Below are positions 13,675 to 26,866 of a stretch of 64,000 nucleotides of DNA, in pieces. The stretch is from contig NC_045696.1 in assembly GCF_009834535.1 (NCBI RefSeq), positions 6,698,001 through 6,762,000 on the forward strand, read 5' to 3'. Both the position numbers and the translations under genes were made by a program. The stretch is from Camelus ferus (Eukaryota). Under the pieces are notes generated by a model. The model saw only the letters and a list, made by a program, of their open reading frames with translations, searched no databases and had not been told where the DNA came from. Numbering within the stretch: the first letter of the stretch is position 1; every line of letters starts with the position of its first letter.

Positions 13675-13888
13675 TATAAACATTTTTTATTGAGTTATAG
13701 TCATTTTACAATGTTGTGTCAAATTCCAGTGTAGGGCACAATTTTTCAGTTATACATGAACATATTCATTGTCACGTTTTTTCTCCGTGAGCTACCATAA
13801 AATCTTGTGTCTATTTCCCTGTGCTATACAGTATAATCTTGTTTATCTATTCTACAATCTTGAAATCCCGTCTATCCCTTCCCACCCT
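13675..13888 (-). mobile_element. Young 5'-truncated L1 3' end
   Basis: TTTTTTATTGAGTTATAGTCATTTTACAATGTTGTGTCAAATTCCAGTG...; closely similar to 52797-52975. Confidence 0.75.
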
Positions 13889-15274
13889 TAGACTCAGCCT
13901 CTTGATGGGAAGGGAACGTGTCTACAAATTCCTTGACACGTCTCCTACCAAGAGTGGGAGGGCAATGGCGCTTCCCCCTGAATCTGGGTTAATCTTAGGG
14001 AATTGCTTATAACCTTACCAGTTGAAATGACCTTGCATAGTTTTAGATGTGAGTTCAGTAAAGACCATGCTGAGACTGACTTGATAAAGAAGCCACACGT
14101 GGGCACTCTGCCTGACCTCCCAGCTGAGCTCCAGCTGACAGCAGCATCAGTTACCAGCCTCATGGACAAATCGTCTCGAATATCCAGCCCAGTTGAACCT
14201 TCAGATAACTACAGCCCCACTTTTCAACTTATTAAAGCTTATTTTACAAAGTTTAATTTAGAAGATATGAAGAAAAAGAAAAAGATCAATGCGCATAACA
14301 TCACTATCTGTTCCTCCCAGAGGACAGGCAATGTTATTTATGGTCTCAATGTAGGGGGACAGATTATAGGACACCGATGACTAAGTCAGTCCATTCTCAT
14401 CTCTCACAACTCCTTTATGTGTGTTTCAATCCAATTACAGTCAGAGCAAGCAACTCCAGAACTAAAAGCAGGAATCAGGCCCCATCAATCAGAATTAATT
14501 TTACCTAAATGACACTTGAGATGCACCGATCAGGATTTGTGATTAGACACTGAAGCTGGCATCCTCCCTGCAAAGAATACTAATGCTGAGATTCCAGTCC
14601 CAAGTGGCACTTGGCGTTGTCACCACCGACTGCCAACCCATGCCCTGAAGATTCCCTTGCAAACCAGCTTGTCAAATGTCAGGAGTGCTGCGATGAGTCT
14701 GCAGGGATCCATTTAGAACCCCTGCTCCTTCTCATTTATATTCATCGTGGTTGGTATGAATTCACAAGTGATGGCAGCGGCGTCATGTTTCTGTCAGTTC
14801 CTAATGCCTCTTGGAAATATGGATGTTTTTAACAAGTGATTGCCTGATTGCAAAGCAAACATTTTGCGGTAGTTTTTTTTTCTGGAGAGAGAGCACTTTG
14901 TTAAAATAGGACACTTCCAACCGTCTTTCTGCTCATCTGTCTCCATTCACTGTGTCACTACGCCAGCACCATGCGGACAAGCCATATATGATACATCCAC
15001 TCTTCCCATATATCTTCCTCTTTCTGATACATTGGCCGTATTTTAGGTGGAAAATTGTGGTTATTTCCTTTGATACACAAAGAAGACCCATGAAGAGCAA
15101 TATTCTAGCAAGAGATCTAGGTGAGACGCAGAAGGACTGGGCCATCCTTCTCAGTGTGAACCTGGGGGTTTGTGAGAACACCATGGGAAGTCCTAGAGAG
15201 GATGACTGCCCCTTTCTGTGGCTCAGCACCCATGGGCAGGGCTGCCTGGAGGGCAGAGGAGGGGCTCAGTTCTC

Positions 15275-15465
15275 CAGGTTAGAACCCTGGCTCCACCACT
15301 CGCCATGACACCACCTGAACTTCTGCACCTCCATATCCTCATCTTTAAAAAGGGATGAGGATAATAACACCAACCTCATAAAGTGGGCGAATGACTTATA
15401 TGGGCTTCCCCACCCCCATAATACTCTTAACACAAAGCCCGGAGTATTGTGAGTGCTCAAGGATG
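15275..15465. mobile_element. MIR SINE
   Basis: GAACCCTGGCTCCACCAC...CTCCATATCCTCATCTTTAAAAAGGGATGAGGATAATAACACCAACCTCATA, a MIR core. Confidence 0.6.
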
Positions 15466-16353
15466 TTAACTTTTATGATTACCACTAAGAAGATAGTAAA
15501 GCTTTCCACTACTGGAGCAGTCCATAGATCTTGGGCCATGGGCACTATATTTTGACCAAAGGTACACATTTCCAAGAGGTGGAGATGTGTGTGTCTGTAA
15601 ATCAGCATTTTTCATTGTCTCCTTCTTCAATGTCTGCATAGCCTTGTCTGCTTAACATCCATTTGTTGAGTTGGGAGCTCATGTCTACTCCAGGATTATG
15701 AGTGCTAGACTGGGGTTTTGAGGATTTCAGGGGTCTGACTGTGTGACCTCCTGGCACAGAAAGTCAGTCAACTGACTAGCTGTCAGTTCCCTTATTAGCA
15801 CAAGAAGGGTTTGAGGCACCGAACGATCACAAGGTTTCCTCCAGACTGAAACTCCAGTTTGGCAATTTCATGACCCATGCTTTGGAGAATTTCTCTCCCA
15901 TACTTCTGCCTCTATTCCCAGTTCCTGGCATGTAGGAGGTGCTAGATAATCACTTCTGGATTAAACAAGTGGATAAATAAAATCCACTTGGGAAAATGAA
16001 ATTCAACTGATTCTTTTGAAGGGAAAAAAAAAAAACCCACTGTTCTGGCGTCATTGACTGGATACTTCAGCAAGAATGACTGCTTCTTCCAGCTATATGG
16101 TGCTGCCCATGTAGAGACTGCAGAACGCAAAAATACTAATGTCCTTTTAGGTTTACAGTAAGTATAATAAAATAGACTTCAGCAATAATTCGTAGGTTGT
16201 GAGGGTAATAAATAAATTTAAAGTAATCTAATGTCATTGCATTTTCTGGGAAAAAATTAGAGGCACTAAGATTTGCCCTTAAAAGAAGTCAAGAGTGTGT
16301 ATTTTACCTTTGACTGTAGTCATGAGAGGAACGGTAAGTGAATGTATAACTTC

Positions 16354-16760
16354 TGTGTGGACTGAGCGGTGTTCCCCGAAATGTTCTGTCCACATCTTAA
16401 CTCCTGAAACCTGTGATTGTGACTGGATTTGGGTAAAGGGTCTTTGCAGATGTAATTAAGTTAAGGATCTTGAGATGAGATTATCCTGGATTAGTCAGGT
16501 AGACCCTACATCTAATGACAAATCCCTGCAACAGATGAGAAGACTGACATTGTGAAGATGGAGGTAGACATTGGAGTATTGTATCCACAAGCCACGGAAT
16601 GTGCACGGCCATCAGAAACTGCAATCAGCAAAAAGCACAGCCCCAAAGACACCTTGATTTCATATTTTTGGCCTCTAGAACTGTGCAAGGATAAATTTAT
16701 TTTGTTTCAAGCCACCAAGTTGGTGGTAACTCATTATAGCAGCCACTGAAAACTAATACA
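16354..16760 (+). mobile_element. MLT1C/D-type MaLR solo LTR
   Basis: GGGTCTTTGCAGATGTAATTAAGTTAAGGATCTTGAGATGAGATTATCCTGGATT...TTCAAGCCACCAAGTTGGTGGTAAC...AAAACTAATACA. Confidence 0.85.
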
Positions 16761-16849
16761 ATGCCTAAGCTCATAGCAGAGAAAAAATAAATTCTACAAA
16801 AATAAATTCTGAAAAATAACTGTATCATAGTCACAGAGGTGACAAGGAG

Positions 16850-17775
16850 TTTGCAACATATCAAACCAACCATAGGCTTGTATTCAGACTATATCAAGAG
16901 CTCCTCTAAATCAAGGACAATAAAAACAGCAAAATAGAAACATAGGCAAGAGATTTGAACAGAGTATACCATAGTGACCAAGAAATACCTGAAATCTGAC
17001 AGGGAAAAACAAGATAAAATCACAGTGTGGAGGTAACACACACCCAGTGAAAAGGCAAAAATGAAAAAGATGGGTGATACCAAGTAGCAGTGAGGACATG
17101 AGGCAATGGAAGTGCGCACACTGCTTGTAGGAGTGTAATCTGGTACCACTGCTTTAGAAAACTATTTGGCCTTATTCACTGATAGCAAACATGGATCTCT
17201 GACCATGCCTGGGTGTTCCACACTATAGCATATACCAAATGTAAGTGTGTGCATTTGCACCAAGAGAGGGAATGTTTTTAGTAGCATTATTCTTAGAGTT
17301 GAAAATAGAAACAACCTACAAATCTATAAGCAGCAATAATGATAATTAAGTTACAGTATATCATACACAATAATAAATACGGACAAATAATAGTGAGCAG
17401 TAATAAAAAAATGTACAAACTATAGCTACATGTGACAACGTGGAATCTCAGAAGCGTACTGAGCGAAAGAAACCGGATACAAAACAATGCAGGCTGTATA
17501 TGATTTATTCATAGAAAAGAGTCCAGACTAAACTACTGTGTTTCTGGTGCTTAAGAGCTCAAAGAATAAATCAAAGCGAGGGGGAGATTGCAAAAGCCAG
17601 CATGGTGGTGCTGACTGGGTGAGAGGGAGGCGCAGTGATGGAGGGCTGCTGGGTGGCTTCTGCGGTGCCCATGGCGGTGGGTCTGGGTCACGTTACGATG
17701 CATCCTTATGCTGTACATGTCTGTCATGCACACTTTTTTGCAGTGTGTTATATTTCATAATAAAAATGGTTTAAA
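16850..17775 (+). mobile_element. Old L1M(E-like) 3' portion
   Basis: Degenerate L1 ORF2 end and 3' UTR phrases: GGAGTGTAATCTGGTACCACTGCTTTAGAAAAC, GCAGCATTATT, ACAACCTACAAATCTAT, GTGTGTTATATTTCATAATAAAAA. Confidence 0.65.
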
Positions 17776-20700
17776 TGTTGTAAAATATTAGAGGGGAAAA
17801 CACATGTAACCAGCAAAGGGACCAGTGGTTGAGTCTTCATTGATGTGAACACTCTTCCCTTTTACTCTTAAGCCCTTTGCTTGAAATCAAAGAAAAAATT
17901 ATGTAAGGACAGTGCTGTGCACTGTGACCTGGGACTGGGGCAGAAGCTCTCTTGTATGTGGGCAGAGGAGGGCCCTGACACAGGAGAGGGGCATAGCAAT
18001 AATAAAAAAGTCAAATGATTTGCAGAGCTCACAAGAGGTGGTAGCTTAGTGATGCTCAAGGTTCTTATTCTAAGCATTAAACTCACGCTTCCTCTCTTCT
18101 CCATGCCCTTTAGTTTACTGTAATGAATCCTAAAGACTAAACAGATGTGCTTTCCCGAGTGCTGAGAATCAATAATCATTCCACTACGTTAAAATGTCTG
18201 TTCAGCCATTTCTCTTTGATATACAAACACAAGATCAATATAAATGTATCATAAAAATGTGAGACTGTGGATCCAGTGGCGTTTATTTTCAATATGAAGA
18301 GTTCGTGTCTGCAAAAAAGCTGGTATGTTCCTGCAGACTCATCCTGAGAGCTGTGTCTCACCTCTCCACTAACCTTGAAATCTGCAGACGGCCCTCCGTC
18401 CCAGTGTGCTCACTGGAAGGACCTTTAATACCACAGAGGAGCAGAGGAGAAGAATACCTTGAAATGGTGGAGACTGCACCAGGCAAATAGCTGTGGTGTG
18501 TTCGCTTAATACCAAGGAGGCAAACAGCTGATCTCCCAAACGCTGGCTAGAACAGCAGGGTGTAGCTGGAAAAGCAACTGATGTCGTGCTTTTAGGAGAA
18601 ACAGAAAAGGGAGGAGGACACTTTTAAATAATAAATGCAAGCTGAGTGCAAATTAATACAACAAGTAAATTTTAACATGAAGGCACTAAAAGCCAACACA
18701 GGACCTTCCTGGTACAGATCAGCGGCAACAGCTTACCTTTTCGCGGTCTTTGCCTTTTCTGCTGGACTCATTCCGGCTCTTTCAACAACCGTGCGGGGCA
18801 GGACAGAGGTATCATCCACAATTACAGATGAAGAATCCTGAGCTGCAGGTATATTAGATGACTTGTCCAAGGTCGTGTTAGCCGACCACTGTGCAGGAAC
18901 ACTTAGCCCCGACGTTTTTCTCTGGACTGGGATCTGGGATGGCCCAGGAGGAGTTGTTTTTTCTCCTCTTTCTGCCCACTATGGCTTTGTTCAATGACAG
19001 TTCACTGACACCAAGTTCCATTAGAAAAGGCAGACCTGGCCCCCAGAAGGAGGAGAGATGCCCTTGGTGGAGAGTGGTAGGTTGCCGCCGACCTGGCCTG
19101 AGGACGCACAGACTGAGAAAGGCCAGGGTGAATATACTTAGAGCTGTCAGGCATCTGAGGAGTCAACAGGCAAGAAATGCAAGCAAAGAATCCAGGCTGG
19201 GCCACGTGGTGTAATGAGGGGCTGGAGAAGGCAGCTCATGAACAGCGCAGGGTAGAGACCGTTAGGTGACAGCAAAGGGTAAGACACCACACAGTGGGTC
19301 TCTCGTTGTATTGGGGTGAAGCGAGGACTGGATGGTTGATGTTGCTGCTCTTGGTACCAGCTTGTCTGTAATGCAGAAGGGACAGTGCACTTGGCTCATG
19401 GCATCCCAGATGGTTCCACCCACCTCACTGTACGTCTTGGGGATAGGCTGACATCGCACACCCAGCTCAAGGAAGCACACTTTTCTAGAAGCTTAAGTAG
19501 AGAAAATTCCTTCTGAAGACAGTCAGGAGAAGGTCACGTGCTCCCTCTGGGGAAGGTAAATCGGCATCCGGACACTCCTAGAGGAGAGTGCGCCGAGACT
19601 TGGAAGAAGCCAAGCTTTCTCCAGTGATGCAGGGCTAATGGGAGAGATCGCCCAGACTCAGGGATGCTGACCTCCTTGGGGGCTAGAGGTCACGTTACAC
19701 GTTAGGAGAGGCCGTGCCTAGAGGTGATCACATCACCAAGGTCTGTGACCCTGGGAAGGTTAGGGAAGGCGCCCACAGGCAAGCTGGGCACTGACGGGTA
19801 GGGTCGTCCACCTCCGAAGATCCATGAGGCCCAAGCTGGCGGGGCATCTTCCTTGACCCTTTTTACCAAAGGTCATTGTTCTTACTTTCAGGAACCGCTG
19901 CTTCCTCTCAGCTCTGCCTGTTTCTCACCCATCCAGCAGTCAACCTCGCCCTCTTTCCACTGGGGCGGCCTGGGTTGGACCTGGAGCCCCACTTAGCTCC
20001 GACTTAGCACATACTCAGTCCATAGCGTTGGTGATTTGGTTTTTGCTTCCTTAAAAAGAAGGACGTTTTTCATTTCTTTTCTTTGCCCTTAGGAAGCAGA
20101 ATCACCCCAAGTAAAATCTTCCAGCAGTTATTCCCGCCTATAATCTGCAGACTTGACCTTGCAGCTGAGCCTAATTAATACATAATCATGAACACAGCCT
20201 TCACCTCCTTCCTGGTTTGTTAACTCCTCCTTGAGTGCTTGGCTAACGTCACTGACAGCCTACTGAGACACAGGTGACAAGCAGTGTCCATGTGGACATC
20301 CAGCGGAAACTGAAGCTCTCTGGCAGAGGTTTGTGATGTCACCCCACACCCATGGATTCCTCTGTATTTCCCAGCCTCCCTGGCAGTTATGTGAAGCCGT
20401 GTGACCAGGCTCTCACCAGTGAGACTGGCCCTCGGGCCTGACGACAGCCGTCTCTTTAAGGCCGCAGTGACCCAGGAGGCAGAGCAGTGACGTGGAGACG
20501 GTCTACCTGATCCATGGTGGCCTTCCCAAGAGCAAGAAATAAACGGTGCACCTTTGAGATCCCGGGTTACTCCTCCCAGGGCACGGCCTACCTTCCCATG
20601 ACTAATACACGCCACCTTCTGATTGGTCATCAGGTCCTGCGTGTCACGTGCAGTAAGGAGACATCCTGAGGGGGGCGTGCTGTACTGAAGCACCAAAGTC

Positions 20701-21029
20701 CTTCTGTCATTGGTTGGAGTCCATGTACTCCAGCATACTGCATCCACACAGACCCGGCCAGGGGATTTAGGGAATATATTATCTCATTTAAGCTAAACCA
20801 ACCCTGACAAAATGGGTGACCATCTTAAAAAAAAAAAATCCTCAAAAAAAAAAAAGAAAAAAGCTAAAAATGCAACCACAAGAGAGCCATGACACAATGA
20901 CAGCTAAAGTGTCCACCCCCAACTCTACCCTCTCTGTCAGCACATTGCAGGATAAAAATAATGACAGCTTAGCCCAAATTGAGATGAAAGCCATTGAAAA
21001 AATTCATTATCAAGAAAGCTGTTTAAATT

Positions 21030-21226
21030 TATTCTTTCATTCAATAGGTATTTATTGAGCATCCATTATAAGTGAGATACAGTCTCGGTACTGGAGGTGT
21101 AACAGTGGGAAAAACAAGTCTACTCTCCTGTAGAGACAAGAAGGGTGTAAATAAAATGTCAGATGTCAGAGATGCTCTAGGGAAAAAAAAAGAGCAATGT
21201 GGGGATAGGAGTGTCCATGGAGTTGC

Positions 21227-21257
<31 letters not shown>

Positions 21258-21690
21258 ATCTATCCGTAGTGCTGTGGGAGGCCTCTCTGATCAGGAGACG
21301 TTCCAGCAGACTCTAAAGGAAGTGAGAAAATGGATCTTCTGGATGCCAGAGGGAGAGCACTCCAGGCAGAAGAAAGTGCAACATCAAAGGCTGGGGGTAG
21401 AAGCTCACTTCGCTCAATCTGGGAGGCCAGCCTGGTTGGGGAGGAGTGAGTGAGAAGGAAAGTGGAGAGTGGGGCAGTCCAATCGTTGGGACTGATAAGG
21501 ATGGAGGTCTTGAAGAGGTCTGGAAAGAAATGGGTTTGGGCTTCTACTGTAGATGAGACGGGAAGCACTGGACAGCCAGCACAGGGCAGGGACAGCATGT
21601 GTTTTTAAATGGCCCGCTAGCTAAGATTTGACAAAGAGGGAGTGAGGATGGAAGCAGGGAGACCAGAGAGGAAGCCATTGTAATTGCAAC
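21030..21690. mobile_element. L2 LINE 3' fragment containing a (TCTG)n microsatellite
   Basis: TTCATTCAATAGGTATTTATTGAGCATCC...GAGCACTCCAGGCAGAAGAAAGTGC...GGAAGCAGGGAGACCAG; TCTG repeats at about 21227-21256. Confidence 0.7.
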
Positions 21691-22540
21691 ATGGATTTAA
21701 AACCACTTTCCTTTAATAGTGAGATTTATTCTAGGTGTATAATTGAGCCTCACACTGAGAATTATTAATGTCATCGATTAGCAAGACACCTAAAAACTAA
21801 AAAACAAAGACACTTAAAAACCAGGAATTAAAGATACTGCCTCATTTTCTTTTTGTTGTGTTTAAAGTTACCGGATCCTCAATATTTAAAAAATACCACT
21901 AAGCTTCATGATAACTATTTAGATGTTCCTTTGAAGTCTCTTACTCAGTAGCAAAACCCTCATTAGGAAAACACTCACTCAACCCTTTGAGAAAAAAGAC
22001 TGGACAGATACATAGGAATCAATACATATCAATAAATTTAAACACTTTCCTTTGTCAAAAAATCTGGAGGAGATTTTGGAAACATTGTTAAAATTTTAAA
22101 GATAAAAGTTTTGGGATAAATTATGTGGGGGAGAATAATAGCCATATAATTGGATGAAAGCACAGATGTCTCCAATACTTCAGCTTCTCTATTTGCTAAA
22201 TTCCAGTAAGGAGATGTTTCAGCACCTCAGCTTATGTATTTGCTACATTCCATTCTAGTAAGGAGATGAATAATTGATGCCATTTTTTTTTATAAGCCAC
22301 CAATTGAAAAATTTATTGGAGAAGACATCTTCATAAGAGTAATTTGTAAAATCAAAATGATTTATGGAAAAACAGCATAGTGGAATCCCTGATGGAGAGG
22401 CTGCTTTGACTGGAATTTGAAAAAATAATTTTCTAGGTAAAGATTACAGAAATAGCCCCACATGTGAAATTCATGTACTACATGCTTCAAAAGCAAGCTA
22501 TCACTGCAAAGGTAGGTTGCATCTATAAAGGTAAAACCTG

Positions 22541-23092
22541 TGCATTTGTTATTTAATTGCTACATAACAAATTACCACAAATGTATTGGCTTAAAACATC
22601 GCACATTTATGATCTCATAGTTTCTGGGGTCAAGAGTCCAGGCATGGCTTAGCTAGTCCATTGTATCAGGGTCTCTCTCAAGTGAGAGAGAGTGAAGACT
22701 AGGGGTAGGGTCTCATCTGAGGCCCGACTGGGGAAGAAACTGTCGTTGGCAAGATTCAGTTCTTCACTGGCTGTAAGGCTGAGGGCCTCAGCAACTTGCT
22801 TGCTGTCAGCTGGGGGCTACCTTCAGTTCCTAGCAACAAGGACTTCTCCGTATACCATCTTAACTCACCAAAGCCAGCAAAGGAGACAGTCAGTGGAGAC
22901 AGTCACTAGCTGAACAGAAGTTATAATCTTACGTAATACAATCATAGAAGTGATATCCCATCACCTTTGCCATATTCTGTCGGTTAGAAGCAAGCCACAA
23001 GTCCCGCCCACACTCAAGGGGTGGGGGTTCCACGAGGGAGTGTGCACCAGGAGGTCAGGATCATAGGACCCTCCTTAGAGTATGCTGGACAT
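22541..23092 (-). mobile_element. MLT1E/F-type MaLR LTR
   Basis: ATTGCTACATAACAAATTACCACAAA...GGCTTAAAAC...CACCTTTGCCATATTCTGTCGGTTAGAAGCAAGCCACAAGTCCCGCCCACACTCAAGGGG. Confidence 0.8.
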
Positions 23093-23796
23093 AGCCTGTA
23101 ACATGCAGTAGAATCTGTGTGACACTTTATAGTGAGTCAGAAATGGCAGGAAAATTGTCAGGGTAGAGTTTCACTGGCTCTTTTATGACAAAATACTTAA
23201 GGATTATCAAAATTAAAAAAAAAATCAAGTATGCTTTTTTCTTGCAATGGCAAATGTTCTGGAAAAATAAGTGACAATGATACACTACCTAGAAGATGCT
23301 TTGAAAGAAAAGTTAATGTTCCCTTTGAAAATAAAGGTGTTGCCTTCATGACAATTAAGAAATGACTACAAGGAAACATGGGAAGGAGAAGCTGGAAAAC
23401 AAGAAGCTGATTATCTAAAAGGTGTAAAGGCTTTAGGATGAAGGAGTCTAGGAGGGAGCAACACTTCCCTGAGTGTAACTTTATGTGTACTTTTGACTTT
23501 CAGATGCATGCAAGTGTTCGACATATTTTTGGAAGTAATTAAATCAGTGAAGATGAGAAGGGGGAATAAAATCTAAAACTTAATGTAAACTGAATAAAAA
23601 ACGGAAAATAAAAAGTCCTCCACGCCCATTCCCACCAACACACCAAAAGCAACAAAATATCATCTGCCGCCTTCAAAGCACAAATAATGCAAAGAACTTT
23701 TTGTACTTGGGGTTCCATGTATGTTTATGTTTGGGAGGGACAGAATAGAAAATTTCTTTCCAAATCTACTTTGGTGGTAGAGATTAAAAAACAAAC

Positions 23797-23897
23797 AAAG
23801 AAGGAAGGAAGGAAGGGAGAAAGGGAGGAAGGGAGGAAGGGAGGAAGGAAGAAAGAGAAAGAGAGAAAGGGAGAAAGAAAGAAAAGAAAAAGAAAGG
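23797..23897 (+). repeat. Polypurine (GGAA/GAAA) tract
   Basis: About 100 bp consisting almost entirely of G and A. Confidence 0.9.
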
Positions 23898-24351
23898 ACT
23901 ATTTATAGAGAGAGAATTTTAAAAATGGGTATTTGCAAGTGTTGCTCAGTGCAATGAAAATCTGTCACCTGTAAAAGCTCTAATTCTGTAGAGAAAGGAA
24001 ATTGCAAAGACTTTTAAAAAATATTTTACATAAAGAAGTTTACTGAGTTTTAAATCCATTTGTTAACTTTAAATATACATGCTTATGTAATTTAGCTTTT
24101 AGGTATGATTTTGGAGGGAGTGGTGCTTCTCGCTCCCTCTCTCAGATGCCCAAAAGAGAGGAGACAGAGTGAGAGAGAGAAGAGAAAGAGAGAAGGAAGG
24201 ATTGGGGGAGGGAAAGAAGTGAGAGAGGGAAGGGCACACACACACTGGCCACCAGTAAGCAGAGCTGAACGTAAATTTGACCTGTAGGTGCACAGTTGGC
24301 TCTTTTGGCTGGAGCCGCAGTGCAGAGGCAGGTTGTGTGAGGCCATCCTGA

Positions 24352-24365
24352 GCGCCCCCTATAGG
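24352..24365. promoter_or_regulatory. Candidate CTCF site
   Basis: GCGCCCCCTATAGG closely matches the CTCF core GCGCCCCCTAGTGG and lies in non-repetitive sequence. Confidence 0.5.
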
Positions 24366-24686
24366 TGACCGAACGTCAACCCCGTGGATGAGGAATAAGA
24401 GGTGCCGGTCAGCCCCCGGGAAACAGAGGGTCTTGAAACAGGAAGCAAATCTGTCCTTGGGGTTTAAGTGCACTTAATTTCAACTCCATTTAAAGTATTT
24501 ACCATGCTAAATTACTTCCGTTCACGCTATGTTATGATCTGTCCTCTTAATAATGAAAAACTGAATTGGCTAAAGACCTGTTTGTAACTAGATTAATTGG
24601 GACGGCAGAACCACCAGCCTGAAGCTCCACATGCATTTTCTCATACTCGGAGGACAATCAGAACGGCTTAATTAGGCATCGAGTCA

Positions 24687-24830
24687 GGGGAGGGTATAGC
24701 TCAAGTGGTAGCGCGCATGCTTGGCATGCATGAGGTCCTGAGTTCAATCCCCAGTGCCTCCTCTGAGAATAAATAAATAAACCTAATTATCTCCCCCCAC
24801 CAAATAAATAAATAAATAAAAGAGAGAGAG
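24687..24830 (+). mobile_element. Vic-1-type camelid tRNA-derived SINE, full length with TSD
   Basis: GGGGAGGGTATAGCTCAAGTGGTAG (A box)...GAGTTCAATCCCC (B box)...(AATA)n tail; degenerate TSD AATTAGGCATCGAG 24670-24683 / AATTAAGCATTGAG 24831-24844. Confidence 0.9.
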
Positions 24831-25202
24831 AATTAAGCATTGAGAGAAGCTCTATTATCAGCCAAGAGATGCATGCGCCAGTCCTGGGTGGACCTGCCTT
24901 CCAGTCTACTCCCCAGATGCCTCCCTTCCACAATGACCCAGAACGCAAAGTGAGCCCTGCAAAATGTCCACTGCTTCTTGACAATGTGTTTCTGCTTTTG
25001 GTATTTGGATGTCCTTGAATTAATGACTCCTATACATTTCATGAGAAACAGTACTACGAAGGGGAACAAAAAAGCAAAACTGATGTTCCTCCCAGGTGCG
25101 TGGTTCTGTTACCGCATCAGAGCTGCTCCGAAACCGAGTTCCGAGGAAGATGCCGTTGAGTGCGTGCGTGTGTGCACTGCATTCCACATTACCAGATAAC
25201 TT

Positions 25203-26866
25203 CGTCTTTCTTTAATTGAAGCACAGTTGATTTACAATATTATATTATTTCAGGTGTAAAACATAGTGATTCAATACAGTTATAGATTACACTCCACTTG
25301 AAGTTATTACAAAATAATGGCTCTATTTCCCTGGCTGTACATTTTTGTTGCTTATTTATTTTGCACATGGTAGTTTGTATCTTAATTCCCTACCCCATCT
25401 CCCTCCTCCCTGCTTCCCTCTCCCAGCTGGTATCCACTAGTTCTCTATATCTGTGAGTCCATTTATGTTTTGTTATACACGTTCATTTATTTTTTAGATA
25501 CCACATAGAAGTGATAACATAGGGCATTTGTCTTTCTCTGTCTAGCTTATTTCATTAAGCATACATAGTACTCTCTAGATCCATCCATATTCTTGCAAAT
25601 GGCAGAATTCCATTCGTTTTTATGGCTGAGCAGTAGTCATGTATGAATATGAACATACCACATCTTCTTTATCCAGTCACCTGTTGATGGGCACTTAGGT
25701 TGCTTTCATGTCTCAGCTATTTAGGTTGCTATGAATGTTGGGGTGCATGTATCTTCTTGAATTTGTGTATTTGTCTTCTTCTGGCATATACACAGCAGAG
25801 GAATTGCTGGATCATATGGTAGTTCAATTGTTAGGGTTGTAGTTCAATTTTTAGATTTTGAGAAACCTCCGGACTGTTTCTACAGTGGCTGCACCAATTT
25901 ATTATCCCATCAACAGTGTAGTAGTATTACTCCCTTTTCTCCACATCCTCGCCAGCATTTGTTATTTGCAGACATTTTGATGATAGTCATTTTGACAGGT
26001 GTGAGATAATATCTCGAAGTGATTTTAATTTGCATTTCTCTGGTGATTAGCAATGTTGAGCATTTTTTCATTAGCCTGTTGGCCATCTGTACATTTCTCT
26101 TGAAAAAGTTGTCCATTTGGATCTTTTGCCCATTTTTAAAATTCAGTTCTTTGGTTTTCTTTGATATTGAATTGTCTGACCTGTTTATATATTTTAGATA
26201 TTAACCCTTTACCAGTTACATCATTTGCAAATATTTTCTCTTGTTCAGTAGGTGGTCTTTTTGTTTTGTCAATGGTCTCCTTTGCTGCGGAAAAGTTTTA
26301 GGTTAAATTAGACCCCATCTGATTATTTTTGCCTTTATTTAATTTGCCTTAGGAGACAAATCCAAAAAATATATTGCTACAATTTACATCAAAAAGTATT
26401 CTGTCTATGTTCTCTTCCAGGAGTTTAATGGTTTCAGATCTTACCTTTAGTTATTTAATCTGTTTTGAGTGTGAGGAAATGATCAATCTCATTCTTTTAC
26501 ATGTGGCCGTTCAGTTTTCCCAGAACCACTTATTGAAGAGACTGTCTTTTCTCCATTCTATATTCTTGCTTCTCCATAGATCAATTGACCATAACTGGGT
26601 GGGTTTATTTCTGGGCTCTCCATTCTGTTCCATTGAGCTATATGTCTGTTTTTGTGTCAGTACCACACTGTTTTGATTACTGTAGCTTTGTAGTATAGTC
26701 TGAAGTCAGGGAGGGTAGTACATCCAGCTTTGTTCTTTTTTCTCAAGATTGCTTTGGCAATTTGAGGTCTTTTGTGGTTCCATGTAAATGTTACGATTAT
26801 TTGTTCTAGTTCTGTGAAAAATGTTTTGGATATTTTGATAGGGCTTGCATGAAAGCTGTAAATCCC
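25203..26866 (-). mobile_element. 5'-truncated L1 (ORF2 C-terminus plus 3' UTR) with TSD
   Basis: ORF 25910-26116 gives [42 protein letters not shown], the L1 ORF2 C-terminal region; TSD TTACCAGATAACTT 25189-25202 / TTACCAATTAACTT 26867-26880. Confidence 0.92.

Noticed and set aside
20220..20747. 175-aa - strand ORF
   Set aside because: No recognisable homology; GC-rich and partly LTR-like DNA gives long chance frames.
24687..24760. tRNA-like sequence
   Set aside because: It is a SINE head with an A-rich tail and TSD, not a tRNA gene.
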